Shown: positions 27,500 through 40,279 of the stretch, piece by piece
How positions within the stretch are numbered: the stretch's first letter is position 1
Layout: each line of letters starts with the position of its first letter
DNA from: Moniliella sp. 'wahieum'
Taxonomy: Eukaryota
Direction: 5' to 3'
DNA length: 64,000 nt
NCBI GenBank assembly: GCA_003971905.1
Contig: RSEE01000048.1
Location: forward strand, 186,001-250,000
Translations under genes and position numbers: made by a program
The notes under the pieces: generated by a model
Seen by the model: only the letters and a program-made list of their open reading frames with translations
Databases searched by the model: none
What the model was told of the DNA's origin: nothing

Positions 27500-29058
27500 A
27501 TGTATCCCTTCTCTCTGCCGCCATCATCCTGGTGCTCCCCCTTGCCCCCACCATCGCGGCCGCTGTTGATACCCCTGCCGCAGCGGCCAACAACCTTTTT
27601 GACCCGGCTCGCATTGCTCGTCATCGTCGAGCCTCGAGTCAGTACAGCGGTCGTGCGCACAACAATGCACGCCATCTCGATCTCCCGCCTTCACCCCTTC
27701 AGCCCCGCGGAAGCAACACCAAGGAACATAATGCCCACCTCCGTGATGCTGGCGAGAAAGCATTGTTGGCCAATTCTTCCTCCCCGCCCCGCTAGCCGCC
27801 GCGGCATGACCCGGACCCCCACAACAAGAAACACAACAACAAGGGTCACCCCCATGCTCACCAGCGCGACTGCCCGGAGTGCTTGCCTGGTATGTGGGAT
27901 ATCGCTGCCCCGGCTCAGTACGAATCTGGGATTTCTCTCCCTCCTCGAACGATACTGTGTATGCACCAACGCCGGTAACCAATTTATCATCGAGCCCTGG
28001 ATGGATGGAAACTGGGTAAAGTCCCTCGCGCCCCAGGCGACCGATATGTATACGTTGATTGAGGATCTCGGCGACAACGCCACGACAACCTTGGAGACCA
28101 TTACAACACTGGATCACCGAGGACGATGTTGAAGCGATGGCTAGCGCCAACCTGAACATGCTACGCATCCCGGTAGGATGGTGGTCTTTCCTCCTCAAAC
28201 CGTCTGCCGGCGAAGCCTGGGTATATGCCAACGATCTTTACTACATCAACCGCCTGCTGGGCTGGCTGTATGACCGCAAGATGTATGCCATTATCGACCT
28301 GCACTCGATGCCCGGAGCCAGAGTGGCGACCCAGCTACCGGTCGTGCCCAAACAGGCAACAACTACACCTTTTTCAACTCCACCAACCAAGCACGTTCGG
28401 ACAAGGTAGTGAAGCGGGCGCGACTTTATCCTTGGTTCGTCGTATGGCCGTGCGGTGAGTGCAGTGTTGGTGGTGAACGAACCGTGTGTCAACGAGTTTT
28501 GTGCGGTGGCAAGGGCAACTCGAGCAACTATCCCATCCTGGTCGACTATTATCGCCGTAGCTATGATACCCTCAGCGCGGCCGGCATTCCTATGCTCATT
28601 CATCATGGATGGGCCAATGGAACTTGGCCAACTGGACTTCTCTTTGTCAAGGACGCGACCCGTCATTGTTGATGCCAGCGACAATCCTTACCCGGCCGCT
28701 TACCCTCGCAAACCAACGAGAACACAATCTGGTCCAAGATGTGCGGGGATATTAGCACGTTTGTCAATTATCCCACCAAAGTCATCTCGACCGAGTGGAG
28801 CCTGTCGTCGGGCATGCCCAAAACTTTAGCACACCCTTTTACAACTCCAAGCCTACGGGTACGGCCTCTCGGGCGGCAGTTGTTTCTGGTCGTACAAGGT
28901 GATCGCCTCGTCGTGTTGCAGCCGGCGCCGGAACGGTGGTCGTGGGATATGCTGTTGAAGGATGGCATTGTGCCCAAGCCCCCTCTGGCAGCGGACCGTC
29001 GCCCAACGTGAGCAGCTTCCTGTCCAGCTTGCCCGACAAACACATCTGCAGCACATGA
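27500..29058 (+). CDS. Secreted glycoside hydrolase family 5 (exo-beta-1,3-glucanase-like)
   Basis: Hydrophobic N-terminus. Motifs 'IIEPWM', 'WITEDDVEAMASANLNMLRIPVGWW', 'IIDLHSMPG', catalytic acid/base 'VNEP', nucleophile 'TEWSL' and 'WSWDMLLKDG'. TATA-like run at ~27397-27406. Multiple frameshifts. Confidence 0.88.
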
Positions 29059-30147
29059 GACGGACCCGGGACCAACAAGATTATGTACTGGCATATGGCA
29101 CTTCATCGATCCTCTCATCCCGAAGAGGATGTGCATCTTAAACCTCTCTCTCTCTCTTTTGGGTCGTATTCTCTGTCGATGAGACAATGCGCCCCACCTT
29201 TACTCTCTCTTCTATCCCTTCCTTTCCTCCACACCAGCTCTGTCTCTGGTATAGAAGTTTTGTCATCTTCTCCGCCGCCATCTATAGGCGCTTTCCGTTT
29301 GCCTTTTGGAACTTGTTATTGGTAGTCGAGACACGATCCTTAGTTTTACTGGTGTACCCGCTGTGGTTGTCACATTCCACAGTTCTTTATCCTGTTGGTT
29401 GTGTATACCAATCGGCACCATCAGCGTGGTTGCCACATCTGCCGACTGGACTGCTTGGAGCATACTCATCCTTTTTCTTCTGTGGCCCGGCATCTATTGA
29501 AGGATGGCGTGTATGGTGTTGAAAGCCATGCACGTACCTTGAATGCAACTCGGAATGCATGCCGTGGTGTCTTGTCTGTTTGTGCAACCATTGAATGGCT
29601 TAGAAGAAGGGATGTGCGAAACCCGACTCTAGGCACCATTCAGAGCGGCCCTCTCGGTTTCTCTGAAGCATGGCAAGAAACAGAGGTGAGGAAGAATCCT
29701 TTCTATAACATAGAGCTGTATACTGTACGTGAATCATCCGCGCTGGCTCCCTCCTTATCCTTCCCATCAGTCGCAAGACCAACACCACAGTGGATTGACG
29801 GATCGCTGGTGAGGGATAGAGCAGTGAGAAGCTGGTATAGATAGTGAGAGTTAAAAGCCACCAGGGATAAATGGTCGCCTAGAAAACCCGCCATTCCGTA
29901 TGCATCTTCTCAAGAGTGCATTCAGGATAATCGAGAAAGTGGCCCCCCTCCCGAGCGCAAAACACAGGGCTCTCGTCTCTCCTTGATAAATAGCAGTGTC
30001 ATCCCTGCAAAGCACGAGCCAGGTTTTCCCATGAGAACCCTCGTATAATCCTAGGAACAGGGTTGAGCTACCTGGAGGATCGTACACATCCTACGTAGCT
30101 AGAGCGCCAGAGACCCATGCGCGCTCAAAAGACAAAAAGTAAACCCA

Positions 30148-32619
30148 TCATTCCTTCTCTCGCATCTCGCCCTCCTGCGTGCTGGCTGGGCGGGAGGCGG
30201 CAAGGTTAGGGTCTGTGGCTGCAGCAGCATCCACAGCGATACTATCAACATCCAGAGGCAAGCTCGATCCGGTCGCTTGTGGCGGAGGATGAAGCGGTGC
30301 CTTTTTCTTGCGCGGCGGCAACGGCACCCGTTCCGGCCGCGCCCGACCACTGCGGGTCGAGCGCGAAGGCAGGGCCAACGCGTTGGCCAGGATGGCCCGC
30401 TCGTCTCCCGGGGACGATCGGGGCCAAGCCGTACTCGAACCGTTTCGTGAGTTTCCGCGGGCGAGACGGCGGAGTTGGTCGAGGGGCATCGGGGGAAGGT
30501 GCGTTGGCCGGGGCTGACATCGCGACCGAGGGGGGCGGTGTAAGGGAGTTGCTGGCGACCCGCTCTTCCGCATCGGCCGGCGCTGCCACCGACGATTTGC
30601 GCCGTTTTGTCCCCGTTCCGGTGGAGGTGGATGCGGAGGTGGAGGCCTTGCGGCGTTTGCCACTTGGTTCCCGTTCGGCAGGGGACAGGGTAGAATCAGG
30701 CTCGGGGGCGGTGTTGGGATCGGTGCGTGAGGTGGAGGGACGCTTGCGGCGCCTGGCAGGTCCTTCGAGCACAGGTGGGCCTAGGTCCTTGCTTGGCAAC
30801 GAGGCAGGCGCTGGTTCCTGCTGCTCTGGAAGGTGGAGGCATGGAGAAGCCGGCTCCTCTTCTGTCTCTTGTTTCGCGCCTCGTTCGGCCTCGGCCCAAA
30901 ATGCAGAAAACACCCCACCAGCACCTTGGTCCGCCCGCCGCGTCATAAACGCCCCATAGTCCAACATCGATTCGACGGGGGCTGGCCCCCGCTGCTTGTC
31001 CACTCCAGTCCAGACAAACTCGCCCGCAGTGACCGCCTTCAACGTCAGGGCCGAAGTTCAAATTGGCAATGGGGACATGGGTGTGCGCATCGCGATATAG
31101 CGCGCCCAGACCCGACAGGGGGCAGATGGACTGTATCGGCCGATGGGGTCGGTTGCGAACAGGAACGACAATGGGCGCGGCCCAGTCGGCATGATCGCCC
31201 AACACCTCGTTCCACTCCATCACCCAATCGTCTTCCCATGCCATCGGAAGCGAATGCAGCGAGACAAATGCCTTGCTCTGCAGCTCGACCTTGCTTCCCA
31301 CCTTGGCCGCAGCAACCTTGCCCGCCCGCAGACGCGCCGCCTCGGCGCGCGCTCGGATCACGGGATCCACCAACGCGTCCGAGACTGATACGTGACTTGG
31401 TTTCGGGCTTCCTTCCGGTGCCGAGAGGGAAGCCGGCAAGGGCTGGGAATCTGAAGGAGGAGGGGGCGACTCCACTGGGATCTCGGTGACTCCCGTAGTT
31501 TGGTTCGTAGGACATGCGGGGTAGACTCTTCAGGCGGGGACTGAGTCTGGGTTAAAGGCGTAGTGGTGGTGGCAACAGTGATCCTGGGTTCAGCCGGAGG
31601 CGGGGGATCGGAATGGGAGTTGGGTTCGGTACTCGGGTCCGGAGTCGGACCAGATGGCGGATCGTTTGGACTGACAGCGAGCGGCTCCAGCGTCTCCACC
31701 TTAGGAGGGTCGGGAACGGCAACGGAGCGCCATCTTAGGTAGGGTCCTTGAATCTCATGCTTTTGGGCAACCCGGGCGCGGTGGCGTAATGATTCCTCCC
31801 GCTCCAGCAGGCGGAGCGATTCGCGGTTCTTCCCTTCCACCTCTAGCGCCTCTGCAATCAGCCGGTCCTGGGTCAAGGGCACGTGCTCGGTATGCGTACG
31901 TCGGGCCAATTGAGCCTGGACTTTTTGTTTACGCTGTTCGGCGGCTTGGATCCGATCCTGCAGCAATGCCTTGCTCGCCATCGTACTGGATCGTGAAGAG
32001 GTACGGATGCCATCAAGAGGTTCGAGCATCCGCCGCTCGCGCACTTCTCGTTCTCGCTCCCGGTCCCGGCCGTCCCGGCTCGGGGGATGGGCGTTGGCAT
32101 GAATGATCGACGAGGGCAACTGGCCCGTAGGATGCTTGGGCAACCGAACATGGGAAAGCGCCTTGGGAAGCCGAATGAGAAGCACTGGTACGTGCTTTGG
32201 CGCGATGGGCCTACCGTCACAGCCATTCAGTCTGGTCAGTATGCGCTGGTTACACGCGTCTCCCATGCAGGCCCAGACGCAGCCGAGGGGGAGTGGGTGG
32301 GATGGGACGTACCCGCTTGGCCTCTGCCTGCTGGCGCTCGAGCTCGCGCTCTCCTTCGTCCTCCTCCACCGCCTCCTCATCCGTCTCGTCAAAGTCCGAA
32401 TCAACCACATCGACCACATCTGGAGGTCAAGGCAGGGTGAGTGAGAGCATCTACGCTGGGGCAAGGGGACAACGTACCAGCTGCTTCGTGGAACTCGACA
32501 TCGTTGGCCTCGTCAGGGAACAAGTCGTCCGGCTGCACGCCAGCGGCCATCAGCTCCGCGAGCTTGTCCCCTGCATTGTGTCGCCGGGACCGGCCGGCCG
32601 CCAAACCGATTGTGGCCAT
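30148..32619 (-). CDS. VPS72: SWR1 complex subunit Vps72/Swc2 (YL1 family)
   Basis: N-terminal 'RSRRHNAGDKLAELM', acidic stretch, 'LTQDRLIAEALEVEGKNRESL' and the YL1_C motif 'CPLSGLGALYRDAHTHVP'. Introns near 32420-32477 and ~32190-32312. Confidence 0.88.
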
Positions 32620-33735
32620 CGCTGTCGCCGCAACGCTGGTTGGTCTGCGAATCCAGTCAGACCAGCGAGGGGGCGGTGGGACACTCGGTCTAAGTACTCA
32701 TGCTCACGCCGCAGACACGTGACACCATGGTACGTAACGTAATGATTAATGGTCCTGCTTCCGTAATTTGCCCCGCACTGTGCACGGTTGTTGGGCGGAC
32801 GAAAATAAACACACAAAAGTTGTCACGCTGTCGGGGCTATAAGCGCTAAGGCGAGGGAGACAAGAGTCGGGACTAGGTAAAGGAAAGTAGCAATCATTGG
32901 GGGGGGAAGAAGCAAGAGTAAGGCCCCTGGTGCGAAGCGGAATAACAGGGAAGGAGCAAGATGCTCTCGAGACGAAGGGATTGGAAATGGGCGCGAAAAG
33001 TCGAGCTATATATTCAATGTGCATCCATATTTTCATTGTCAGAGCTGTTTAAGGCGGGGACAAAAAACGCTGCGCCTAAACCGAACCGTTCATCTTGCGT
33101 GTGATGCTTCATAGCACGAACCCCGCTTAAGGAACCAGGGGAATGGCCAGGAAAGGACCTCAACACCCAAAAAAACCATATTATAATGCGCGTAAAATGT
33201 GCACAGGAGATTATGTATTATAGCAACAGATCGACAGCAAATCCATATCATTGGCAAAGCATACTAGACAGATATAGTCAGGGGAACTGCTTTTCGCTCA
33301 CACCATATGTGACTGGGTTCTTCTGCCGTTTTTGCGTAATACACTGCAGCTCATGCATGCTCACAGACAAAAATACTATTGGGAGGCCAAATGACATGGC
33401 CAGAACTGTTGTGAGATCTGAGATCTGAGAGGCTATCGATTATCGTGAGACTTTCTGGTTCCTGTGCGCCATGGATCTGCAAACTGAATGTATCCGCGGC
33501 GCATGTGGATGGACGTGGGCGCCATCTGCAACCACAAGAAACTCCTCAGGCAGTTCTTTCCAATAATGTGGCTGAATTTTTTAGCGCGGTGGTGTTTTCT
33601 TGGCGCCATACAAAAAGCACCATCATATCGATTGCATCACATGCGTTTCACTATAGTCCTATAGTCACTAGTCACTAGAGTCACTATAACCACTCAGGCC
33701 TCCGACTCCCATCGATCTGAAGCTACATGTCACAG

Positions 33736-33780
33736 TCCTCGATATCCTCGATGTCCTCGATGTCTTCGATATCCTCGATG
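33736..33780. repeat. 9-bp tandem repeat, five copies (TC[C/T]TCGAT[A/G])
   Basis: tcctcgata tcctcgatg tcctcgatg tcttcgata tcctcgatg, read directly. Confidence 0.9.
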
Positions 33781-36219
33781 CCATCTTCGACATCAATCGA
33801 CGACCATCGATCATAGTAGAGATCACATACACAGATCGATCATCCAGATCATCAACACTAGAAAACCGAAATCTGTTTCATTAAAAACACAATCACCCGA
33901 CGGGACACACTTTATACTTCTCATAATAGCCTCTTGTTACCTCTCCTCAGAACCACATCCTCCATTCTCCTCCTCCTTCAGCACTCCGTACCTCACCTCA
34001 GGCCCCTCAGGCCTCGATGCGCTCAGTCGCGCCTCCTTAACGTTAAGTGGATATCATCTCGGTGTGAGGCTAAAAAATAAGGAATGAGGCCTTGAGGAGC
34101 TTTCAAAGCAGCCTCTCATACACTCATCGCAAGTCAGCATCATGGAGAGGAGCCAAATGAGTCAAAAAGGCAAAAAGAGCGCATTTGCTCTCAGAACTTC
34201 TCAATCATGCCGACGACAATATAGAACACCGCGGGAAGAATCTGACCGCCAGAGCGCTGCCGGCCTCGCTGTGAAAATGGAATGGGTGGCTATTATATTA
34301 GGTGGACGAGAAGCCTACGAAAGCCTCTTGTGAAATGTGATACCCTGCATACACGAAGGTGGGCTGGGTAGGAATGCGCGTGTGGAGACTTGCCAGGCAG
34401 AGTACTATGAGCAATGATTAATGATTAACAAGCAATCCGTGCGGGCGGGGATGACTGATGCAGTACCCGATGGCTGTACTGGATCGGCAAACAAATGATC
34501 GAGTGTATTGACTGTCTTGGAGTCAGTATTAGCGGGTGTTGGACACACGGGCTCCTCTTTGGTTGCTGGGTGCGATGGCTCGATGATGATGATGGGGCCG
34601 AGATGCAAAGAGGGAGGAAGTGCAGCGCTTGAACTGGCAACTGGCAAACTGGGGGCGGGGGTGAGGCAGGCGCTGGACATGGCTGGCCATCCTTCTTTCG
34701 GCTGGGCAGAAGAGTGTCAGCAGTGGAGTCATTAAGTCGATGAGGCCGGGAGGGGCAAATTAAGGCGAGGTCTGAGATTGGGAGGGAAACCAGAGAACAC
34801 CAAGGAGTTGCGAGCGTATTAGGACGTGCAGGCGCTGCAGGGAATTCATTTTGGTTGAGAGCTGGGGAGGTGGCAGAGATAACGTCACACGGTCCCCTTG
34901 GGCCTTGCCTGTCGCCGCAGCGGATGGGCAGGGTCCAAGTGGAATGTTGGTGAAGCTCGGCTGCTCCCACTTGGAGGCGACGGCTGGCTGAGGGCGCAGA
35001 AGAAGCTGAAGGCAGAGCAGTGTGGCCTGTGTCACGTCGCAGTGCAGTGACATGTGAGGGAGCTAGGCAGAGGCAGTGTTGAACTGAGCGGCTGAACGTT
35101 GACCTGGACGTTGAACATGGCCAAGGCGACGGATGGCAGGGGAGATGGGAATGGGTTAGGGCTGGGATGGGCGATCGAACTGTGCTCTGTGCGCTGATCG
35201 AGGGCCGATGGTCGATGATCGATAATCGATGATCGGCCTCGTCCACACCAGCAAGACAGGCACCGTGCGGCTGCGCACAGTAGCGCAGACGCCGGGCACA
35301 GGGACAGTGCTGAGCCCAGGGCGATGCGCCTGATGTGCAGCTGGCCTTGATATCGGCTGCGATCTCCATGGCCAGCGGCAGCACAGCGCCTGTGTGTGTG
35401 GCTGCGGCGGGGCTCCAGTTGCTAGTTGGGCCCCTGCGGGCACCCAGCGTACCCAGCGCAGATAGCAATCGGGGCGACATGGGGCATCGCGATAGTGGAT
35501 AGGCGCCAGGCCCATCTGGAGTGGGCTATGACGGTCTGCTGCTGCTGTGCGCTGAGGGGGCTGAGGCGCCGAGGCCGCTGAGCGCGCTGAGGGCGCGGGG
35601 CGCTGAGGCCGAGGCCGGCTGAGACGCTGTAGGCGTGCTAGCGCAACAGTATGGAACAACCGATGGCAACAAAACTATACTGCACCTGCTTTTCAAGCTT
35701 CTTCCAGGAGTTCGACGTTGACGTTGACGTGAACGTACTGAGGGTGCTGAACGTACTGAACGTTGACGTTGCTCGGAACGGACTGAACGCGGGGCATGCG
35801 GCAGCTGGCGAGTGGCTTCACTAGTCACTACTAGTGGATGACTTCACTCTTCAAGCTTCAAGCACTAGTGACAGCGAGACTGCTGCCAACCTACCGCTGT
35901 GCCAGTTTTGCGGAGCTTGGGCGTAAAGTTGGTACCTTGGCCTTAGCGCCAATTAAGTGTAGCCGAGGCGGACAGTTTTTCGCACATCCACGCCGGCCCA
36001 CCCAGTGCCCTGTCCCCTCCACCTCCTCCACCACCCCCAACCCTCAACCCCATCATCTCCGCGGCGGCAAGCTGGCTTCGTTGGGATGGCCCTCGCGCTT
36101 TCCCCCGCCGCCTCCCCTTCGTCTTCGCCACGGCCCCAGCGCCCATCCCTGCCCGCCGCACGCCGGCAGAGCACCTCTCGCTTCCTGGCCAGGCTCCTTC
36201 CTTCCTTCCCCTCATTGCC

Positions 36220-39200
36220 ATGCCTCCTGTGGGGGGAGACGACGAGTCGCCGCCGCATCGCACATGCCCGCCATACCAGGAGCGCGTAGCGCCGATGCTT
36301 GAACCCATTGCCCCCCTAGCTCCATTGACCTTATCTCCAACCGCCAGCTTGGACGAGCAACACAATCATACTGACGCCTCTCGGCTGGACGAGCAACACA
36401 CACACGCTGACACCTCTCCGCCGCCTTCCAACAGCCAATACCGCAGTCGCGTTCCACTTGTCACTTCGCCCAGCCCCATACAGTACCATCTTCCCCTGTC
36501 TGCGCAGCACCGTGCGCCAGCATCGGCAGATCTTGTTCCCTCCCCTGCCTTGTCTCGGCTTGCTCCCGATCCAGACTGGGCAGAAGCTGGTCTTTCCAAT
36601 TCTGGTGATAACAATCAACCTCTCGGCGAGTCGATGGCTGCTCTTCGAGCCCCCACACCCCCATCAACGCACGCAGGCCAATCAGCACCTGTGTCACTCA
36701 GTGCGTCGGCTGAAACGTCCAGAGTTACCCTATCGCCCGCCAGCGACTCAACTTGCATCCCTCCATCTCCTACCCTTGCATCGTCTCCCAACCTGTCATC
36801 CCCCAATAGGTCCTCGCCCCCACGCCATCGACGCGAACGATTGCGATCGCGCGATTCCCTCTCGCGTTCGCGCTCCTTGCTCCGCTCGCTCAACATGTCC
36901 CCCGCTGTTGATCCGACGGCCAAATCAAGCCGGCCTCGGATTTTGTCGGAACTTGCTGGGTCGGCCCAATCCAAACGAAATCGCTCCAAATCCCGCTCGT
37001 CCTCGGTGAACAGCCGTACGTCAAGTCATTCGGATGAACCAGGCCGGCGCCTTTCCCTCACCCGCTCGGCCTCGATGCTGGGCGGATCTATACGGGCCCG
37101 CCTGCAAGGCAAGCAATCGGCTTCAGCCACTTCAGTTACCCCCGATGGTGCGATCTTTTGCTTCCCTCTGATCGGTCTGATACACGGGAAGACGAGGGTG
37201 TGCCAAGGCAGCGTCCACTCCGTCAGGGTCCTCAGCCAATTCACCGGGATTCTCGTTCGGGCGTAGTGAAGTTTCCGACAGAAGAGACCGACATTGTCCC
37301 AGGCCTTGAACCGTCGTCGGTGGGATGCCCGTGGTCAGATGATATGGAAAGCAAGGAAAGCCAGTCTGGCGCAGCCGAGCCCCAAAGCAATGGCACTCAT
37401 GAACCGGCGATGGCTACTAGCCCCGAGAGCGAGGGTGTCGCTACACCCGAATCTGTCTCGTCGCCTACTTCTCTTCCTGGACGAAAGGAGAAAACGAGGG
37501 AGTTCAATTCGATCCAGCACCGGGGGCGGTTGAGCCGGAGCGTGCAAACCATGCTCGACATTCACTCGCACCGCAACTCATTGACATCCCTCCCGCCCTT
37601 CTGGGGAGGCTTCCTTTGTCTGTACTCATGCCCATCGTGGTCATCGGGCCGAGATATCACCGTTTGAATCAGCCTTTACCGAGTCGCTCCAGCACCGTGC
37701 CCGTCCCCGTGCCCGTCCGCGTCCCAGCTCCATCATCACAGCCCGGCCTCACTCTCTACATATTCTACACCCCCTCTCGTCCGAGTCGCCCTCCACCGCG
37801 TTCCGCATCGCCGACGACCGTGAGTTTCTGCATGCACTCGAGGATGTTCGACGTCATCACCGCCAGAACCGGCGGGTGAGCTGGGACGTTGGTGGACCCT
37901 CGCCTCCTGCCCTGCCCTGTAAGGTTGGATCAGAACGTAACTCTTTCCCGCTCATGACGAACGTTGCGTCAACGTTTGGACCAGGACAACGGGCTGGGTC
38001 GATCTTTTCCTCCTCCGCCAGTCCTACCGCGATGCACCATACCATTCCGTCACGGTACATGTCTCCCTCCCCCTTGCGCAGCGCGGATGTTGCAAACCGA
38101 GCCAGAAGACCGTCGGTTCTGTTGGATGATCCCTTTTGTGACGATGCTGTCGAAACAAGCGCGATTCGGAGACGGGCTCTGAGCTGGACGGGGAGTGCAT
38201 GCGGCGTAGGCGAAGGTGGGGTAGTGGCGGAGGAGCCGGCCACGGGGCGGAAAGAGGGGGATGTCAAGATGACCCAATCTTTGGCACCAGTCGCCTCACC
38301 TTCCTTGGCCGAACCACTGGATCTGGACAAAGAACCAACTCGAACGTCGCTCGAGTACGAGGCACTGAGCCACGTCCCCTCCCTTTTGTCGGAATACGAG
38401 GCGCAGGGGTACCCATCGTGGCAAGTCAACATGGTGGAATGCGCTTCAGGTCGAGGGGTCGGGTGCGAGGCAATCGAAAACGATGATGACTGGGCCAAGG
38501 AGGTGAAGGCATTGTTCGGTATGTTTTTGCTTTCTACTTTAGCTTTTCTTGGAGATGCTTACCTAGAACTATTTTGTGCCAACTTGGTTCTGTGATCATG
38601 CGAGCAGTCATTCGGGAGCTAATCCAAACGGAGCGAAGCTATGGCCGCCACCTCGAGTGCTTATTGGAGGCAGTGCGACGTGCGGTGCAGCGCGACTCTG
38701 TCCCACCTCCTACCGCCAAGCGCGACTCGAGGCACTTGGAAATTCTCTCTAGCCTTCTTCCCGGCCTGATTGCCTTGAGCCATGAGTTGGTGGATGCGAT
38801 CGAGCGTGCCCCGACGGCGGCCGTGGGAGCGTCGTTTGAAGCAGTGGCGTCCCAGTTGGAAGCAACAATGATCGGTTGGAGCTTTACCGTGGCGGATGTG
38901 ATGGCGCAGCTGCGCACCAGCGAGTTGGGTCCGCGTACCAACAACCGACGTTGTCCCCGTGTAGGCATGGTCGAGGTACCGCCCGACACGTTCTGCCCTT
39001 CGTACCGCGCTGCGCACGGAGTCCTCGTCCTCCGCCGTCACCGCAACAAGGCACACTCCACGACAAGCAGCCCACGCCCCGAATGCACCAACCACGGCGC
39101 AAGGGCAAGGCGCTGACTGCGCTGGACATTGCCATCATGCCCACCCAGCGGTTGCCACGGTACGTTTTGCTGTTGCGCGAGCTAGAAGCGCACACTCCAA

Positions 39201-39295
39201 GCGGGAGCGCCGCATCGTTGGAGCTAGAGGGCGCGTTGCGCATCTGTCGTCGCGTGGCCGACTTGTGCGATGGCGCCTCAGCCGGGTGGGAGTAG
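36220..39295 (+). CDS. Dbl-homology (RhoGEF) domain protein with long Ser/Pro-rich N-terminus
   Basis: DH conserved regions 'RAVIRELIQTERSYGRHL' and 'LDIAIMPTQRLPRYVLLLRELEAHTP' at the C-terminus. Intron donor GTATGT at 38519. Start is uncertain. Confidence 0.8.
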
Positions 39296-40279
39296 TGCCT
39301 TACAGCACATTACACATTCTCGCTGTACGGCTGGCTAAGTCCCCCCCCCCCTCGTTCTGTCTTGTTTTGGCTTGGTTTTTTCTCTCTCTTTCTTCATTTT
39401 ATAATAGGAAAAGTGTGTGTGAGGGGTGGGGGGGAATGGGGGGCTTCCCTGCCCAACCTCATTGGATCATGATCCCTTTGCTTCTTCATTTTATTTACCA
39501 CGACGGTTTTTTGCCATCATTCTTCCTGTGCCGCATGTTTCTTTGTCGGTGTTTTTTATTGTTATTTCTTCGACGTTCAGTTTGTTGTTATTCTTTGTCT
39601 TGTGTGGTTATCATGTCTTGTGTGGGGTTATGTCTTCGTTTTGGCCTCGGCAATGGTTTGACCTGTGGAGCATTAGTGTATTGATCTCTGTTTGGTGAGT
39701 TTTGATTGACGCGCAGATCTGGTTTGTTGGGTGGCAGTGGCGAGGTGGAGGGATGGGCGGTGTTGCTTTGGGCAGAGGCAGTGCTACAACTGAACAGGCA
39801 GTAGTGCACACCGTCGGTCCGAAAAAAGACGCCACGATATATAAACGCCGCTCAGTACTATATACTCAGTTTTGCACTCCCTGTTTCCCATCAAAAAGGG
39901 CCCGTTTCCGAGTAGATTTTTGTACCTACCCCACATGGACGGACACCCGGGCACCTGATCAAATCATCCAGCACTCCCTCCGTTCACGCGTTTTGTCTTC
40001 AACCCCAGGCTCGAGGGCTGTGGCCTCAGCCTGAGGGTTATACCCAGGGGGGGGCTCTGCAGGCTCGGCGGCTCTCAGCTGAACAAGATGCGGGGCCCCG
40101 CACTGGGCCAGCCACTGCGCTTTCTGGTTACTATTTGGGCCAGTCCCCATTCCGCTCGTTTGCATTCCGCCCTTGTTTCCGCTTGGGGAGCCCAATTGCG
40201 TGGTAGATGGATGAGTGCGGGGTTCTCCTGTTGAGACGTACCACCCACCACCACTACCCCCGCCCATGATCCGCCTACC

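Noticed and set aside
33721..33815. 9-bp repeat as a CRISPR-like array or a coding IED repeat
   Set aside because: There are no spacers, the context is eukaryotic, and only a very short ORF surrounds it.
34425..35828. Long minus-strand ORFs in the 32.7-36.2 kb interval
   Set aside because: No recognisable domain or coding-like composition. They overlap motif-rich, regulatory-looking DNA.
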